A stretch of 64,000 bases of DNA from Candidatus Peribacteraceae bacterium (GCA_041661065.1 JBAZVD010000001.1:441417-505416), one strand, 5' to 3'; counted from the stretch's first letter, positions 1-8,583 are shown. Notes: generated by a model from the sequence alone, not told the origin. Program-made: numbers and translations.

Positions 1-158
1 CGATTTGGCTGATGCCCGGCGTGCGGCTGTCGCTGAGGAGGCGGGAGAAGTTCAAATGGGCGTTCTCGTCGATGAGGGACGTGGTGAGGCGGGACACGTA
101 CACGAGCACCAGAATCACGCTTGTGGAGGCGAGCGTGGCGGCACCGAGGAACGCATCG

Positions 159-2471
159 TCAATGGACGGCCACCTGCCGCGGGAGGGTGATTGCATAACT
201 GGTCTTGGTAAGGTGCTTGCCGTGACGCGTCTTTTCCCAATGGTGCGGACGCAGCGCCATTTGCACGGCGCCGTGGACGGTGGCGACGGCGAGGAGGATC
301 CAGTACAGCGGCGAGAGGAGGCTGTACTTCACCAGAGCGAAACGCTGTCGGCGGTAAGCGCCGAGGAGGTTGCAATAGGTGAAGAGGAAGTTGCCCGTGA
401 CGAACGACGCGACGGAGACGTAGAGCACCGGTCCCGGGAACAGCTGTTGGATGGTGGCGGAATGCGTGGAAGCCCACACGATGAGCAGGAGCCAGAAGAA
501 CAGGTTCAGCGCATTCACGAGCACGCTTCCCGGCACGATGACGAGGAACGCGAGGAACGGGCGCCAGCCGCCGAGCTCGTGCCAGAGCCGGACGGGATGG
601 CGGAGATGGACCATGGACGTTTGGATGAACCCCTTCACCCAGCGGGAGCGCTGAAGCATCCACGCATGCACGCTGCTCGTCGCTTCCTCGCTGCTGAAGG
701 AATCCAAAAGGTCGCTGCGGTATCCCCGGCGATAGAGGCGGATGCCCACATCACAATCCTCCGTGACGTTGTAGGGGTCCCAAGCCCCGATCTCCTCCAG
801 TGCTGTTGTGCGGAAGTGCGTGCTGTGGCCGGAGAGCGGCAAGGGGAACCCCAAGTGCTGCAAGCCGGGGAGGAAGAGGTCGTAATGGAACGTGAACTCC
901 GCGTTGAAGAGTTTCGTGACCCAGTTCTGGTAGGCATTGTAGTGGTCCAGGCGCGTCTGGAGGCAGGCGACGTCCGCATGTGTCCGGAAGGCGATCACCG
1001 CTTTCTTCAATTGGTCGGGGTCCGGGATGATCTCCGCGTCGTAGATAACGATGTATTCGCCCTTCGCTTCCCGGAACGCCACGTTCAGTGCTTTCGGTTT
1101 CGTTTTGGGGGCGACATCGGGGAGGGTGACGATGCGGAAATGCGGCGGGAAACCCGCGCGCTCGATCGCCGTCCGCGTCTCTTCGTCGTACTCCTCCAGC
1201 GTGATCATGATATCGAGCTTGTCCGGCGGGTAATCAATGGCCGTCATCGCCTGGAGGATCTGAGGAACCACATCCGCTTCCTTATACAGGGGGATGAGGA
1301 TGGTGTAATGAGGCAGGTCTTCATCGTTCAGATCCCTCACGTCGTCACCGCTCACGCGCAGGGGCGGGTGGCTCATTGCGTGGCGCAGCACCCAGAGCTT
1401 GAAGAGAATGAGGCCGAGGTAGAAGGAGGAGATGATCCCGGAAACGAGTATGAGGGGATTGGTGCTCAAGAGAATGCTCCCGAGCGCCAGGATGCCGGCT
1501 GCCGCCGCCATGCACACCGCCGCCAAGGAGACGGTCTCCCATCGCAGTTGCTTCTTCACGCTGAAGATCTCCGGCAAGAAGAGGAAGTCCGTCGTGTTAT
1601 CAAACCCGCCGGGGAAGAACTCGGATGGGTGATGTGCAGCCAGGAATGGAAAGACGTCAAAGAAGGACGTGCGCAGCCGCAAGCGCAATGCGCCCCAAGC
1701 GAGCGCAAAGCCGTCCCGGAAGACGCGCACGTTGCTGGTGCCGCGGAACCGTTCTTCGAAGATGATCGGCCTCTCCCCGATGGTCCATCCGAACCTCTGC
1801 GATTGAAACAGGAATTGGTAATCGAAGCCCCATGCGGAAGAGGAGAATGCCACCCCTTTCAGCGCATCCTTCCGGAATACCTTGAGTCCCGATTGCACGT
1901 CCACATTGAGGGAGAGCAGAAGGCGACCGCACACCACATTGAATGCGTTGCTGAAGAAGGAGCGCAGGAAGCTCGTCCGACGGTGGGTCCGTCGCGCAAC
2001 GACGATGTCGTACGTGCCGATGGCTTTGACGAGCGCGGGAATCTCCTCCGGCGGGTACTGCAGGTCCGCATCGATCATGGCGATGATCCCGCCTTCCGCG
2101 GCGGCGATGCCTTCCCGGAGTGACTGCAGCTTCCCCTGTTTCCCTTTCTTCTCCAATATGCGGACCGTGAACGGCCACGCGCGTTGCCGCAGGAACTCCG
2201 CGCTGCCGTCCGTTGACCGGTCATCCACCACGATGCATTCCGTGCCGTAGGGCAGATGGGAGAACATGCGTTCTAACCGGCGGAACAACGCGGGTAGGTT
2301 CTCCCGTTCGTTGAAGACCGGGATGATGACGCTGAGGAATGTGAAGGAATGTCCGTGGTGGTCCGCCTTCCTCTTCATCCCCTGTTGCAACGTCCTCCCG
2401 CGTCTGTTTGCGGAGACGCCGTGCGGGGGTAAGTCCAAGGAGCGCGGGGGTTCTTGCGTGAGTCTCGACAT
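159..2471 (-). CDS. Two-domain family-2 glycosyltransferase: an N-terminal DPM1/GtrB-like GT2 fused through a membrane block to a processive beta-glycan-synthase-like GT2
   Basis: 770-aa ORF. N-terminal half has 'LSVIIPVFNERENL', 'VVDDRSTDGS' and 'IDADLQYPPEE'. Hydrophobic segments lie in the middle and at the C-terminus. C-terminal half has 'ILIPLYKEADV', 'YDAEIIPDPDQL', 'VTEDCDVG' and 'LQRSRWVKG', i.e. the D, DxD, TED and QxxRW pattern. An alternative start is M32 at 2378. Confidence 0.85.
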   Translation of the reverse strand: MSRLTQEPPRSLDLPPHGVSANRRGRTLQQGMKRKADHHGHSFTFLSVIIPVFNERENLPALFRRLERMFSHLPYGTECIVVDDRSTDGSAEFLRQRAWPFTVRILEKKGKQGKLQSLREGIAAAEGGIIAMIDADLQYPPEEIPALVKAIGTYDIVVARRTHRRTSFLRSFFSNAFNVVCGRLLLSLNVDVQSGLKVFRKDALKGVAFSSSAWGFDYQFLFQSQRFGWTIGERPIIFEERFRGTSNVRVFRDGFALAWGALRLRLRTSFFDVFPFLAAHHPSEFFPGGFDNTTDFLFLPEIFSVKKQLRWETVSLAAVCMAAAAGILALGSILLSTNPLILVSGIISSFYLGLILFKLWVLRHAMSHPPLRVSGDDVRDLNDEDLPHYTILIPLYKEADVVPQILQAMTAIDYPPDKLDIMITLEEYDEETRTAIERAGFPPHFRIVTLPDVAPKTKPKALNVAFREAKGEYIVIYDAEIIPDPDQLKKAVIAFRTHADVACLQTRLDHYNAYQNWVTKLFNAEFTFHYDLFLPGLQHLGFPLPLSGHSTHFRTTALEEIGAWDPYNVTEDCDVGIRLYRRGYRSDLLDSFSSEEATSSVHAWMLQRSRWVKGFIQTSMVHLRHPVRLWHELGGWRPFLAFLVIVPGSVLVNALNLFFWLLLIVWASTHSATIQQLFPGPVLYVSVASFVTGNFLFTYCNLLGAYRRQRFALVKYSLLSPLYWILLAVATVHGAVQMALRPHHWEKTRHGKHLTKTSYAITLPRQVAVH

Positions 2472-2765
2472 CTGCGTGGGTGGGTGGGAAGCGACGTTGC
2501 CTCTCTTGACGCACCTCTTCGCGCACGCTTACAGAAGATGAGGAGGAAATTTCTTCGCCGGCACAAGGGGGAGAACGTACGGAAAGACGAAGAAGTCAAT
2601 TGGGGGGTTTGCGGATCGAAACCCTGGGAACGACCCTTACGCAAGCGCAGAACATTCATTGTGGTACTAGACGGTAAAAACGATAACCCGCAATTCTTTC
2701 CCCGGAACACTTGTCCCGGCCTTCCCATCCCCTTAGGGTCGGCTGTCTTTTTCCCCCACCTTGCC

Positions 2766-4313
2766 ATGAGGCAACAACCCCTGCCTTTTCGTTCGGTTCT
2801 GCGTGCGTTCACATTCACCGCACACACCTGTCGGTCTCGCATGGTTGCGATACTGGCGCTCCTGGTGATCGTCACGCAACTCGCCCTGCCGAATCTTCTT
2901 CCGGTGACGCAAGCCGTCGGCGCATCACCGTCTTTGGACGTATGGTGGCCCGCGGATGGAGCGGTCATCAACGGCGTCCAGCCGTTCAAGGTAATGCTCA
3001 AGGATGCGGATGTCGGGAACTACACTGCCTACTGGCAGGTGGACGGCGACCGTTTGAATGCCATGCCGACATCCCTGGACGGGTACCCGCACAAGGAGAC
3101 GACGGTGGATTTGTCCGGATGGACCTGGCGCGGGAGTGGACCGTACGTCATCACCTTCGTCGCCAAGGACGCTGCTGGGAACGTGCTGGCGACACGCAGC
3201 GTGAACATACGCACGGGTGATGGGGCAGGCGCATCTTCATCGCAAGCATCGTCCAGCTCTTCACTTTCCCTCCTCCAGCGGCTCTCTTCGTTCCGGAAGC
3301 TCCCTTCCGCTTCCGCAACGCCATATCCTTCTCTCTCTTCCGTAGCTTCATCGTCTTTATCATCCCTGTCACAGCCCTCCTCGGTCGCATCGTCCGCCGC
3401 GGCGTCCTCCGCACCGGCGGTGACATCATCTCCGCACAACGTCTTTACCGGCGCGCGTTTCTACGTCAATCCGCAGAATGACGCTGCCAAGCAGGCAGAA
3501 GCATGGAAATCTTCCCGTCCCCAAGACGCACAAACCATCCTGAAAATCGCACAGCAGCCGGAGACGTTCTGGATGGGGAACTGGAACCCCGACATCGCGG
3601 GTGATGCGCGGAAGTTCGCCGATATCGCCATCAATGCGGGCGCGCTGCCCGTCTTCGTCCTCTACAACATCCCCCAGCGCGACTGCGGCGGGTATTCCGC
3701 CGGCGGGGCGAACGGCGGTGATGCGTACCGCGCGTGGGTGCGCGGATTTGCCGAGGGCATCGGTTCACGCAAGGCCGCCGTGCTCGTGGAGCCGGATGCT
3801 CTCGCGGGCATGGATTGCCTCTCCGAGCAGGACCGCGAGACGCGCATGCAGCTTCTGCGCGAGACCGTGCAGACGCTTAAGTCCAAACCCGGCATGGCGG
3901 TGTACATCGATGCGGGGCATGCGGCATGGAAGAGTGCGGACGACATGGCTTCCCGCCTTACGAAGGCGGGCATAGACATGGCGGAAGGGTTCTCCCTCAA
4001 CGTCTCCAACTTCGAGACGGACGCGGATACGGTGCGGTACGGAACGGAGCTCTCACAGAAGACGGGCGGCAAGCACTTTGTCTACGATGCGGGACGCAAC
4101 GGTGCAGGTCCCGCGCCGGACCGGCAGTGGTGCAACCCCCCCGACCGCGCTCTGGGACAACGTCCCACCGTCAACACGGGCAATGCGCTCGTGGATGCCG
4201 TCCTCTGGGTCAAGGGTCCCGGCGGATCCGACGGGTCATGCAACGGCGCGCCGTCCGCGGGCCAGTGGTACCCGGAATATGCACTGGGCTTGGCGCAGAG
4301 GGCGCGTTGGTGA
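2766..4313 (+). CDS. Secreted glycoside hydrolase family 6 (endoglucanase/cellobiohydrolase-like) with an N-terminal Ig-like module and a Ser-rich linker
   Basis: The ORF opens at 2454. Plausible starts are ATG 2766 or ATG 2841 ('MVAILALLVIVTQLALP', signal-like). The catalytic region 'VLYNIPQRDCGGYSAGG...VLVEPDALAG...YIDAGHAAW...NVSNFE...DAGRNGAGP...WCNPPDRALGQRP...LWVKGPGGSDG' matches the Thermobifida Cel6A-type GH6 signature blocks. Confidence 0.9.
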   Translation: MRQQPLPFRSVLRAFTFTAHTCRSRMVAILALLVIVTQLALPNLLPVTQAVGASPSLDVWWPADGAVINGVQPFKVMLKDADVGNYTAYWQVDGDRLNAMPTSLDGYPHKETTVDLSGWTWRGSGPYVITFVAKDAAGNVLATRSVNIRTGDGAGASSSQASSSSSLSLLQRLSSFRKLPSASATPYPSLSSVASSSLSSLSQPSSVASSAAASSAPAVTSSPHNVFTGARFYVNPQNDAAKQAEAWKSSRPQDAQTILKIAQQPETFWMGNWNPDIAGDARKFADIAINAGALPVFVLYNIPQRDCGGYSAGGANGGDAYRAWVRGFAEGIGSRKAAVLVEPDALAGMDCLSEQDRETRMQLLRETVQTLKSKPGMAVYIDAGHAAWKSADDMASRLTKAGIDMAEGFSLNVSNFETDADTVRYGTELSQKTGGKHFVYDAGRNGAGPAPDRQWCNPPDRALGQRPTVNTGNALVDAVLWVKGPGGSDGSCNGAPSAGQWYPEYALGLAQRARW

Positions 4314-4321
4314 CATCGCGC

Positions 4322-5002
4322 CTACAGCGGCCTCTGCCGCCTCACGTCCCATCCGCTCTGGATGGCTGGTCCGGTGTCGCCGTTGGGCAGGAGCGGCGTC
4401 ACTTGGAAGGTAATGCGCTCGAAACCGAGCGTGAGGGTGTCGAGAGGGATCGCCTCCCCCGTTGCGCTCACGGAAGCGTACGAGAGCACCGTGACGCCGG
4501 AGAGCGTCCAGCGCAGCAGTTCCTGCGGGGCGTTCTGCGTGCGGACCGAAATGACGGCGGAGGCGAGGCGGTCACCCGCCGCGGCCGCCAGGAACAACCG
4601 CGGGGATGCGAGGTTCTCGCGCATCACCACGCTGAAGGAGCGGGGTCCTCCGGTTGCGGCGCGGTCCTGGCGTTCCACGCTGATACCGTAGGACTGCAGG
4701 GGGATATCCACGGATTGGTTCGTGATGGGAAAATCGAGGAGACGGAGGGAAACGCCTACGGGGAATGACTCCCGGATTGCGGAAAAACTCTCGGAGGCGA
4801 TGGAAGACGACGGGCTCCCGTCGGTGCCAAAGTGCGTCACAGGCGAGGATGCGTTCCCCGCAGAGGAGGAGAGAGAACTCTCCTCATTCTGCGTGTCGAA
4901 GATGATGCTGTTGCCGGAGAGCGTTTGCGCGCGCGCCGCAGTCCAACCGATGACCGGGATGAGCACGGCGAACAGTGCCAGGAGTCGGATGACGTACTTC
5001 AT
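4322..5002 (-). CDS. Secreted protein with a C-terminal Hcp1-like (T6SS tube / phage tail-tube fold) domain
   Basis: Signal peptide 'MKYVIRLLALFAVLIPVIGWTAARAQ' is followed by a Ser-rich spacer. The next region, 'SPRLFLAAAAGDRLASAVISVR...LSGVTVLSYASVSATGEAIPLDTLTLGFERITFQV...GPAIQSGWDVRRQ', aligns by eye to Hcp1 'STPNLMMACSSGKHYPQAKLTIRK...LKEVLVSSVSTGGSGGEDRLTENVTLNFAQVQVDY...GPVKYGWNIRQN'. Confidence 0.55.
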   Translation of the reverse strand: MKYVIRLLALFAVLIPVIGWTAARAQTLSGNSIIFDTQNEESSLSSSAGNASSPVTHFGTDGSPSSSIASESFSAIRESFPVGVSLRLLDFPITNQSVDIPLQSYGISVERQDRAATGGPRSFSVVMRENLASPRLFLAAAAGDRLASAVISVRTQNAPQELLRWTLSGVTVLSYASVSATGEAIPLDTLTLGFERITFQVTPLLPNGDTGPAIQSGWDVRRQRPL

Positions 5003-5144
5003 GGTGGTGCATGGGGGAAGGGTCGTCTGTGTTGACGAAGGAAGCAGAAGAAATGTGCGAAAGAGATTGGACGTGAGCGGATATTGGTATATTGTTTCCT
5101 TCGTTTCGTTGCAGCGCCCGGATTGATCTCATCCCCCCTACCGT

Positions 5145-5501
5145 ATGTCGTCCATACTGCTCGTGGAAGATGACCCGTTCCTTCGAGAAACCATCCGCTT
5201 GAGTTTGGAAGAGCACGGTGTGGAGGTGCAGGAAGCGGCGAACGGCGAGGAGGCCATTGATGCCATTGACCACGTTGTTCCCCGACTTGTTCTCTTGGAC
5301 CTCCTCATGCCGAAGAGAGACGGCTACGCGGTGTTGAGCCACATACGGGAAAAGGAAATGAAGTTCCCCGTTGTCATCCTCTCCAACCTGAGCGACTACC
5401 TCGACCACGAAAAGTGCATGAAGTTGGGCGCGCGAGATTACTTCATCAAAAGCGACATGGATGAGGAGGACCTGTGGGTGAAGATCCAGAAATACCTCTG
5501 A
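5145..5501 (+). CDS. Stand-alone response-regulator receiver domain (CheY-like)
   Basis: 118 aa with 'ILLVEDDPFLRE', 'VLLDLLMPKRDGYAVL' and 'VVILSNL...K'. No output domain is present. Confidence 0.9.
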   Translation: MSSILLVEDDPFLRETIRLSLEEHGVEVQEAANGEEAIDAIDHVVPRLVLLDLLMPKRDGYAVLSHIREKEMKFPVVILSNLSDYLDHEKCMKLGARDYFIKSDMDEEDLWVKIQKYL

Positions 5502-5512
5502 ACGGTCATCCT

Positions 5513-6292
5513 ATGAAGAACCGCGCGCTCCGAAACCAGGCAGGGGAAATCATGAAGGTTCTTTTTCTGGAGAGCCACGGGCTGCGCAGTCCCCTCACGG
5601 CCATCCGCTGGGCGTGTGGTCGCTTGAGGAAGGAGAGCACCGGCGTGCTTTCCAAAGAACAGCGGTACTTGGTCGACCACATCTACCTGAACACGAAGAA
5701 GCTCACCACGGCACTCGAATCCATGCTCCTCCTCGCGCGGATCGGGGAGAGGGGCGCGGAGAAGGCCGTACAGGAACTCTGCGTCAAGGACCTCTTCGAC
5801 CGGACGAGGACGGCGCTCAATCCCCCGGCCGACGTCACGTGGCACATCCACGCGCCGCACTACCACTTCACGGCGGACCGCATCCTCCTGGACATGCTCC
5901 TCAAGGACATCTTCACGATCTTCCTGGAAACACCCGCACCGGGCGGGAGGGCGGTGTTCATCGACGTTGCCTCCGCCAACGGGGAAGTGTCGTTCCGTTT
6001 CCGCTCCTCTTTCCTCCTCCCCGTGGGGAGCGTGGATGATGCGCGCGGGGACGCCTCGGGGGAGGGGTCAAAGGTGATCGGGGGCATTCCCGGGCTCATG
6101 TTGTCCATGGCACAGGCGCTTGCCGTCCACATCAAAGGATCGGTGGAACTGGAGGAAGTGGTGACGGGGGAATTCATTGCGGACGGGACGGTGGAACTGG
6201 GAGAGAATGCCGCGGATGAGCACCGTATAGTGCTGCGGATCCCCGCTTCGGTACGCATTGTGGAAGGGGCATGCCAGGAAAAGGGTAGTTGA
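5513..6292 (+). CDS. Soluble histidine-kinase-like protein with a HisKA H-box and a degenerate ATP-binding domain
   Basis: H-box 'FLESHGLRSPLTAIRW'. The C-terminal half lacks clear N, D-x-G-x-G and G-x-G-L boxes, retaining only 'GIPGLMLSMAQAL'. No TM segment. The ORF opens at 5474; ATG 5513 avoids overlap with the receiver gene. Confidence 0.65.
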   Translation: MKNRALRNQAGEIMKVLFLESHGLRSPLTAIRWACGRLRKESTGVLSKEQRYLVDHIYLNTKKLTTALESMLLLARIGERGAEKAVQELCVKDLFDRTRTALNPPADVTWHIHAPHYHFTADRILLDMLLKDIFTIFLETPAPGGRAVFIDVASANGEVSFRFRSSFLLPVGSVDDARGDASGEGSKVIGGIPGLMLSMAQALAVHIKGSVELEEVVTGEFIADGTVELGENAADEHRIVLRIPASVRIVEGACQEKGS

Positions 6293-6317
6293 CAAAATCA
6301 ACACAAATTAGTATAAT
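6289..6317 (+). promoter_or_regulatory. Consensus sigma70-type promoter (TTGACA, 17 nt, TATAAT) 9 nt upstream of the VanW-family ATG
   Basis: TTGACA at 6289-6294, a 17-nt spacer, TATAAT at 6312-6317, ATG at 6327. No Shine-Dalgarno sequence is possible in the gap. Confidence 0.6.
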
Positions 6318-6326
6318 ACATGTTAA

Positions 6327-7721
6327 ATGACGAAGAAGAAAAACAAATATCTACGCTTCTTCCTGCGGAAAAGTACACATTCCGTCCTCTTTGGCGTCTT
6401 CTCCATCACACTGCTCTCCTGGTACGGGACGCAGGGCATCCTTTCCCCAACCGCGGCCGTCTTTCCATCGTCCTCACTGAAGTATGCATCGCATGGTGCG
6501 GCTGGGGATTCCGGCACGTCGCTTGCATACGAAGGCAGGGTGTACCGGTTGCAGAAGAGGCTGCGGAAAGCGTTCGGGAGGACGTATGATCTCGATGCGC
6601 TGCAAGAGGCGGTGCGGGAACGGGCTGCGCTGCTCAAGAAGTCGGTGACGGTACAATGGCAGAACACGGAAGGAGATGAGGTGCCGCCGTGGACCGTTTC
6701 CGTGGGCGGGTACCCGTCATGGGTGAAGGCGCAGGCGACGGAGGGGACATTCGGCTTTGCGTTGAGCAAGGAACAGATTGCCGCTTACCTCACCCTCACC
6801 CCGCCGCCCGGCATCACGACGCCCAAGAACAGCATGCTCACGGACGTGAAACTCGAGAACGGCGTCTACCGCGCGGTGGTGGACGGCGATGCGGAAGCGG
6901 GGTACGCGCTTGATGCGCAAGCGACAGCGGAAACGCTGATCGCTCTCCTGAAAACGAGCGGAACGTCCGCTCTCCTTCCCCTCAGCTTCGTTCCGGGACG
7001 CATCGTCAATGCTTCGTCATTCGACCTCGGTCCCCTCCAATTCCTCACGACGGGCCGTTCGGACTTTGCCGGGTCGGGGTACGGCCGCATCTCCAACGTG
7101 CGCAAAGGGCTCTCGGAACTCATCGACAATATCATCGTGCCTCCCGGTGAAGAGTTCTCCTTCAACAAAGCGGTGAATGACATGAAGGTCCCCGGCGGCT
7201 GGCAGGACGCGTTGGTCATCGTGAACGGCAAAGACCTGGTGTCGCAGCCTGGCGGGGGGATTTGCCAAGTGGCGACTACCGTGTACCGTGCCGCGCTCAA
7301 CTGGGGGCTCCCCATCATGCAGAGGGCGAACCACAGCCTGTTCGTCACCTACTACATGAAGTTCGGCGTAGGTATCGATGCGACGATCTATCCCAAGCAG
7401 CAGGACCTCACCTTCATCAACAACACCGGCCATTACCTTCTGCTGCAGGCGTACTCCCGCGGTTTCGATGCATACGTGAATCTCTACGGGCAATCCGATG
7501 GCCGCATGGTCGCTTTGGAGGGTCCGTTCTTCCAATCCACGTCCAGCGCCGCATTCCAGCAGGTGAACGGCAAGGCCCTCCGGAGCAACGAGATCGGTTG
7601 GCTCCAGAAGATCACGTTTGCGGACGGGTTCTTCCAGACGAATGTCATCCTATCCCGGTACTCATCGGTCCCGCGGTACGTGAAGGAGATGTATGCGCAG
7701 CTGCAGGGGGGGAATACGTGA
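6327..7721 (+). CDS. VanW family protein (membrane-anchored)
   Basis: An N-terminal TM segment, then the VanW core 'GGGICQVATTVYRAALNWGLPIMQRANHSLFVTYY...GIDATIY'. Confidence 0.85.
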   Translation: MTKKKNKYLRFFLRKSTHSVLFGVFSITLLSWYGTQGILSPTAAVFPSSSLKYASHGAAGDSGTSLAYEGRVYRLQKRLRKAFGRTYDLDALQEAVRERAALLKKSVTVQWQNTEGDEVPPWTVSVGGYPSWVKAQATEGTFGFALSKEQIAAYLTLTPPPGITTPKNSMLTDVKLENGVYRAVVDGDAEAGYALDAQATAETLIALLKTSGTSALLPLSFVPGRIVNASSFDLGPLQFLTTGRSDFAGSGYGRISNVRKGLSELIDNIIVPPGEEFSFNKAVNDMKVPGGWQDALVIVNGKDLVSQPGGGICQVATTVYRAALNWGLPIMQRANHSLFVTYYMKFGVGIDATIYPKQQDLTFINNTGHYLLLQAYSRGFDAYVNLYGQSDGRMVALEGPFFQSTSSAAFQQVNGKALRSNEIGWLQKITFADGFFQTNVILSRYSSVPRYVKEMYAQLQGGNT

Positions 7722-7851
7722 GGAATATCCACATCGGCTATTGGGCTGTCGCCCATCTGAAGTGTCAAATGGGATTCCATGAAACACCCGTTCGATCTTG
7801 TATGATGGTCATCGGCATGCGCTTTCTTTTGCGTCCTTTTCTACATTTTCC

Positions 7852-8583
7852 ATGAACACATCCTCCACCCATTCCTGGCAGCAGAACATCTGGTTCTCCG
7901 TCTCCCTCGGCCTCCTGGGCGTCATCGTCGGTTACATGGGAGCGCAATTTACCGGCGTGAAAGCACCGCAGGTTGCAGAGAACCCCTCTGTCCCAAACCC
8001 GACGGAACAAGTGGCTCCTCCCGTCCAGCCGCCACCTTCGGTGGATGGGACAAAGGACCACATCAGAGGCGATGCCAATGCGCCCCTCAGCCTCATCGTC
8101 TACTCGGATTTCGATTGTCCCTATTCCAAGCGCCACCATCCCACGCTCGCGCAGATAACGGACGCGTACGGGGAGAAAGTGAACGTGGTGTACCGCCACT
8201 TCCCCCTCAGTTTCCATCCCACGGCGCAAATAAAGGCGGAAGCGTCGGAATGCGTTGCGGAGCTTGCCGGGAACAGCGCCTTCTGGTCGTTCACAGACGC
8301 AATGTACGATCCTGCGGCGACGGCGGCACCCGCGACCAAGGATGAGCTCGTGGCTCTGGGTGTCAAGCTCGGCGCGAATGAAGGGCAGATGCGCGATTGC
8401 ATCGAACAGGGGAAGTACGCGCAGGACGTGAAGGACGAGATGCAGGCGGGAACATTGGCAGGAATCAACGGGACGCCGGGGAACATCCTCTTGGATAACC
8501 GCACCAAAAAGACCAGCGTCATCGTGGGCGCGCAGCCGATCGATGCGTTCAAGACAGCTATCGATACCGTATTGGCACAGTAA
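7852..8583 (+). CDS. Membrane-anchored DsbA/thioredoxin-fold protein with a monothiol CPYS active site
   Basis: TM segment 'IWFSVSLGLLGVIVGY'. The region 'IVYSDFDCPYSKRHHPTL...FPLSFHP...ASECVAEL' is paralogous to 21707..22480, which has CPYC. The ORF opens at 7798. Confidence 0.8.
   Translation: MNTSSTHSWQQNIWFSVSLGLLGVIVGYMGAQFTGVKAPQVAENPSVPNPTEQVAPPVQPPPSVDGTKDHIRGDANAPLSLIVYSDFDCPYSKRHHPTLAQITDAYGEKVNVVYRHFPLSFHPTAQIKAEASECVAELAGNSAFWSFTDAMYDPAATAAPATKDELVALGVKLGANEGQMRDCIEQGKYAQDVKDEMQAGTLAGINGTPGNILLDNRTKKTSVIVGAQPIDAFKTAIDTVLAQ

Noticed and set aside
12-2123. 703-aa plus-strand ORF overlapping the GT2 gene
   Set aside because: It is antisense to a gene with clear GT2 motifs. Its translation is Arg/Glu/Gly/His-rich low-information sequence, typical of the GC-rich antisense frame.
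4322-5002. Presence of a type VI secretion system
   Set aside because: Only a single Hcp-like domain is seen. No TssA-M, VgrG, PAAR or ClpV is in the window, so no T6SS is claimed.
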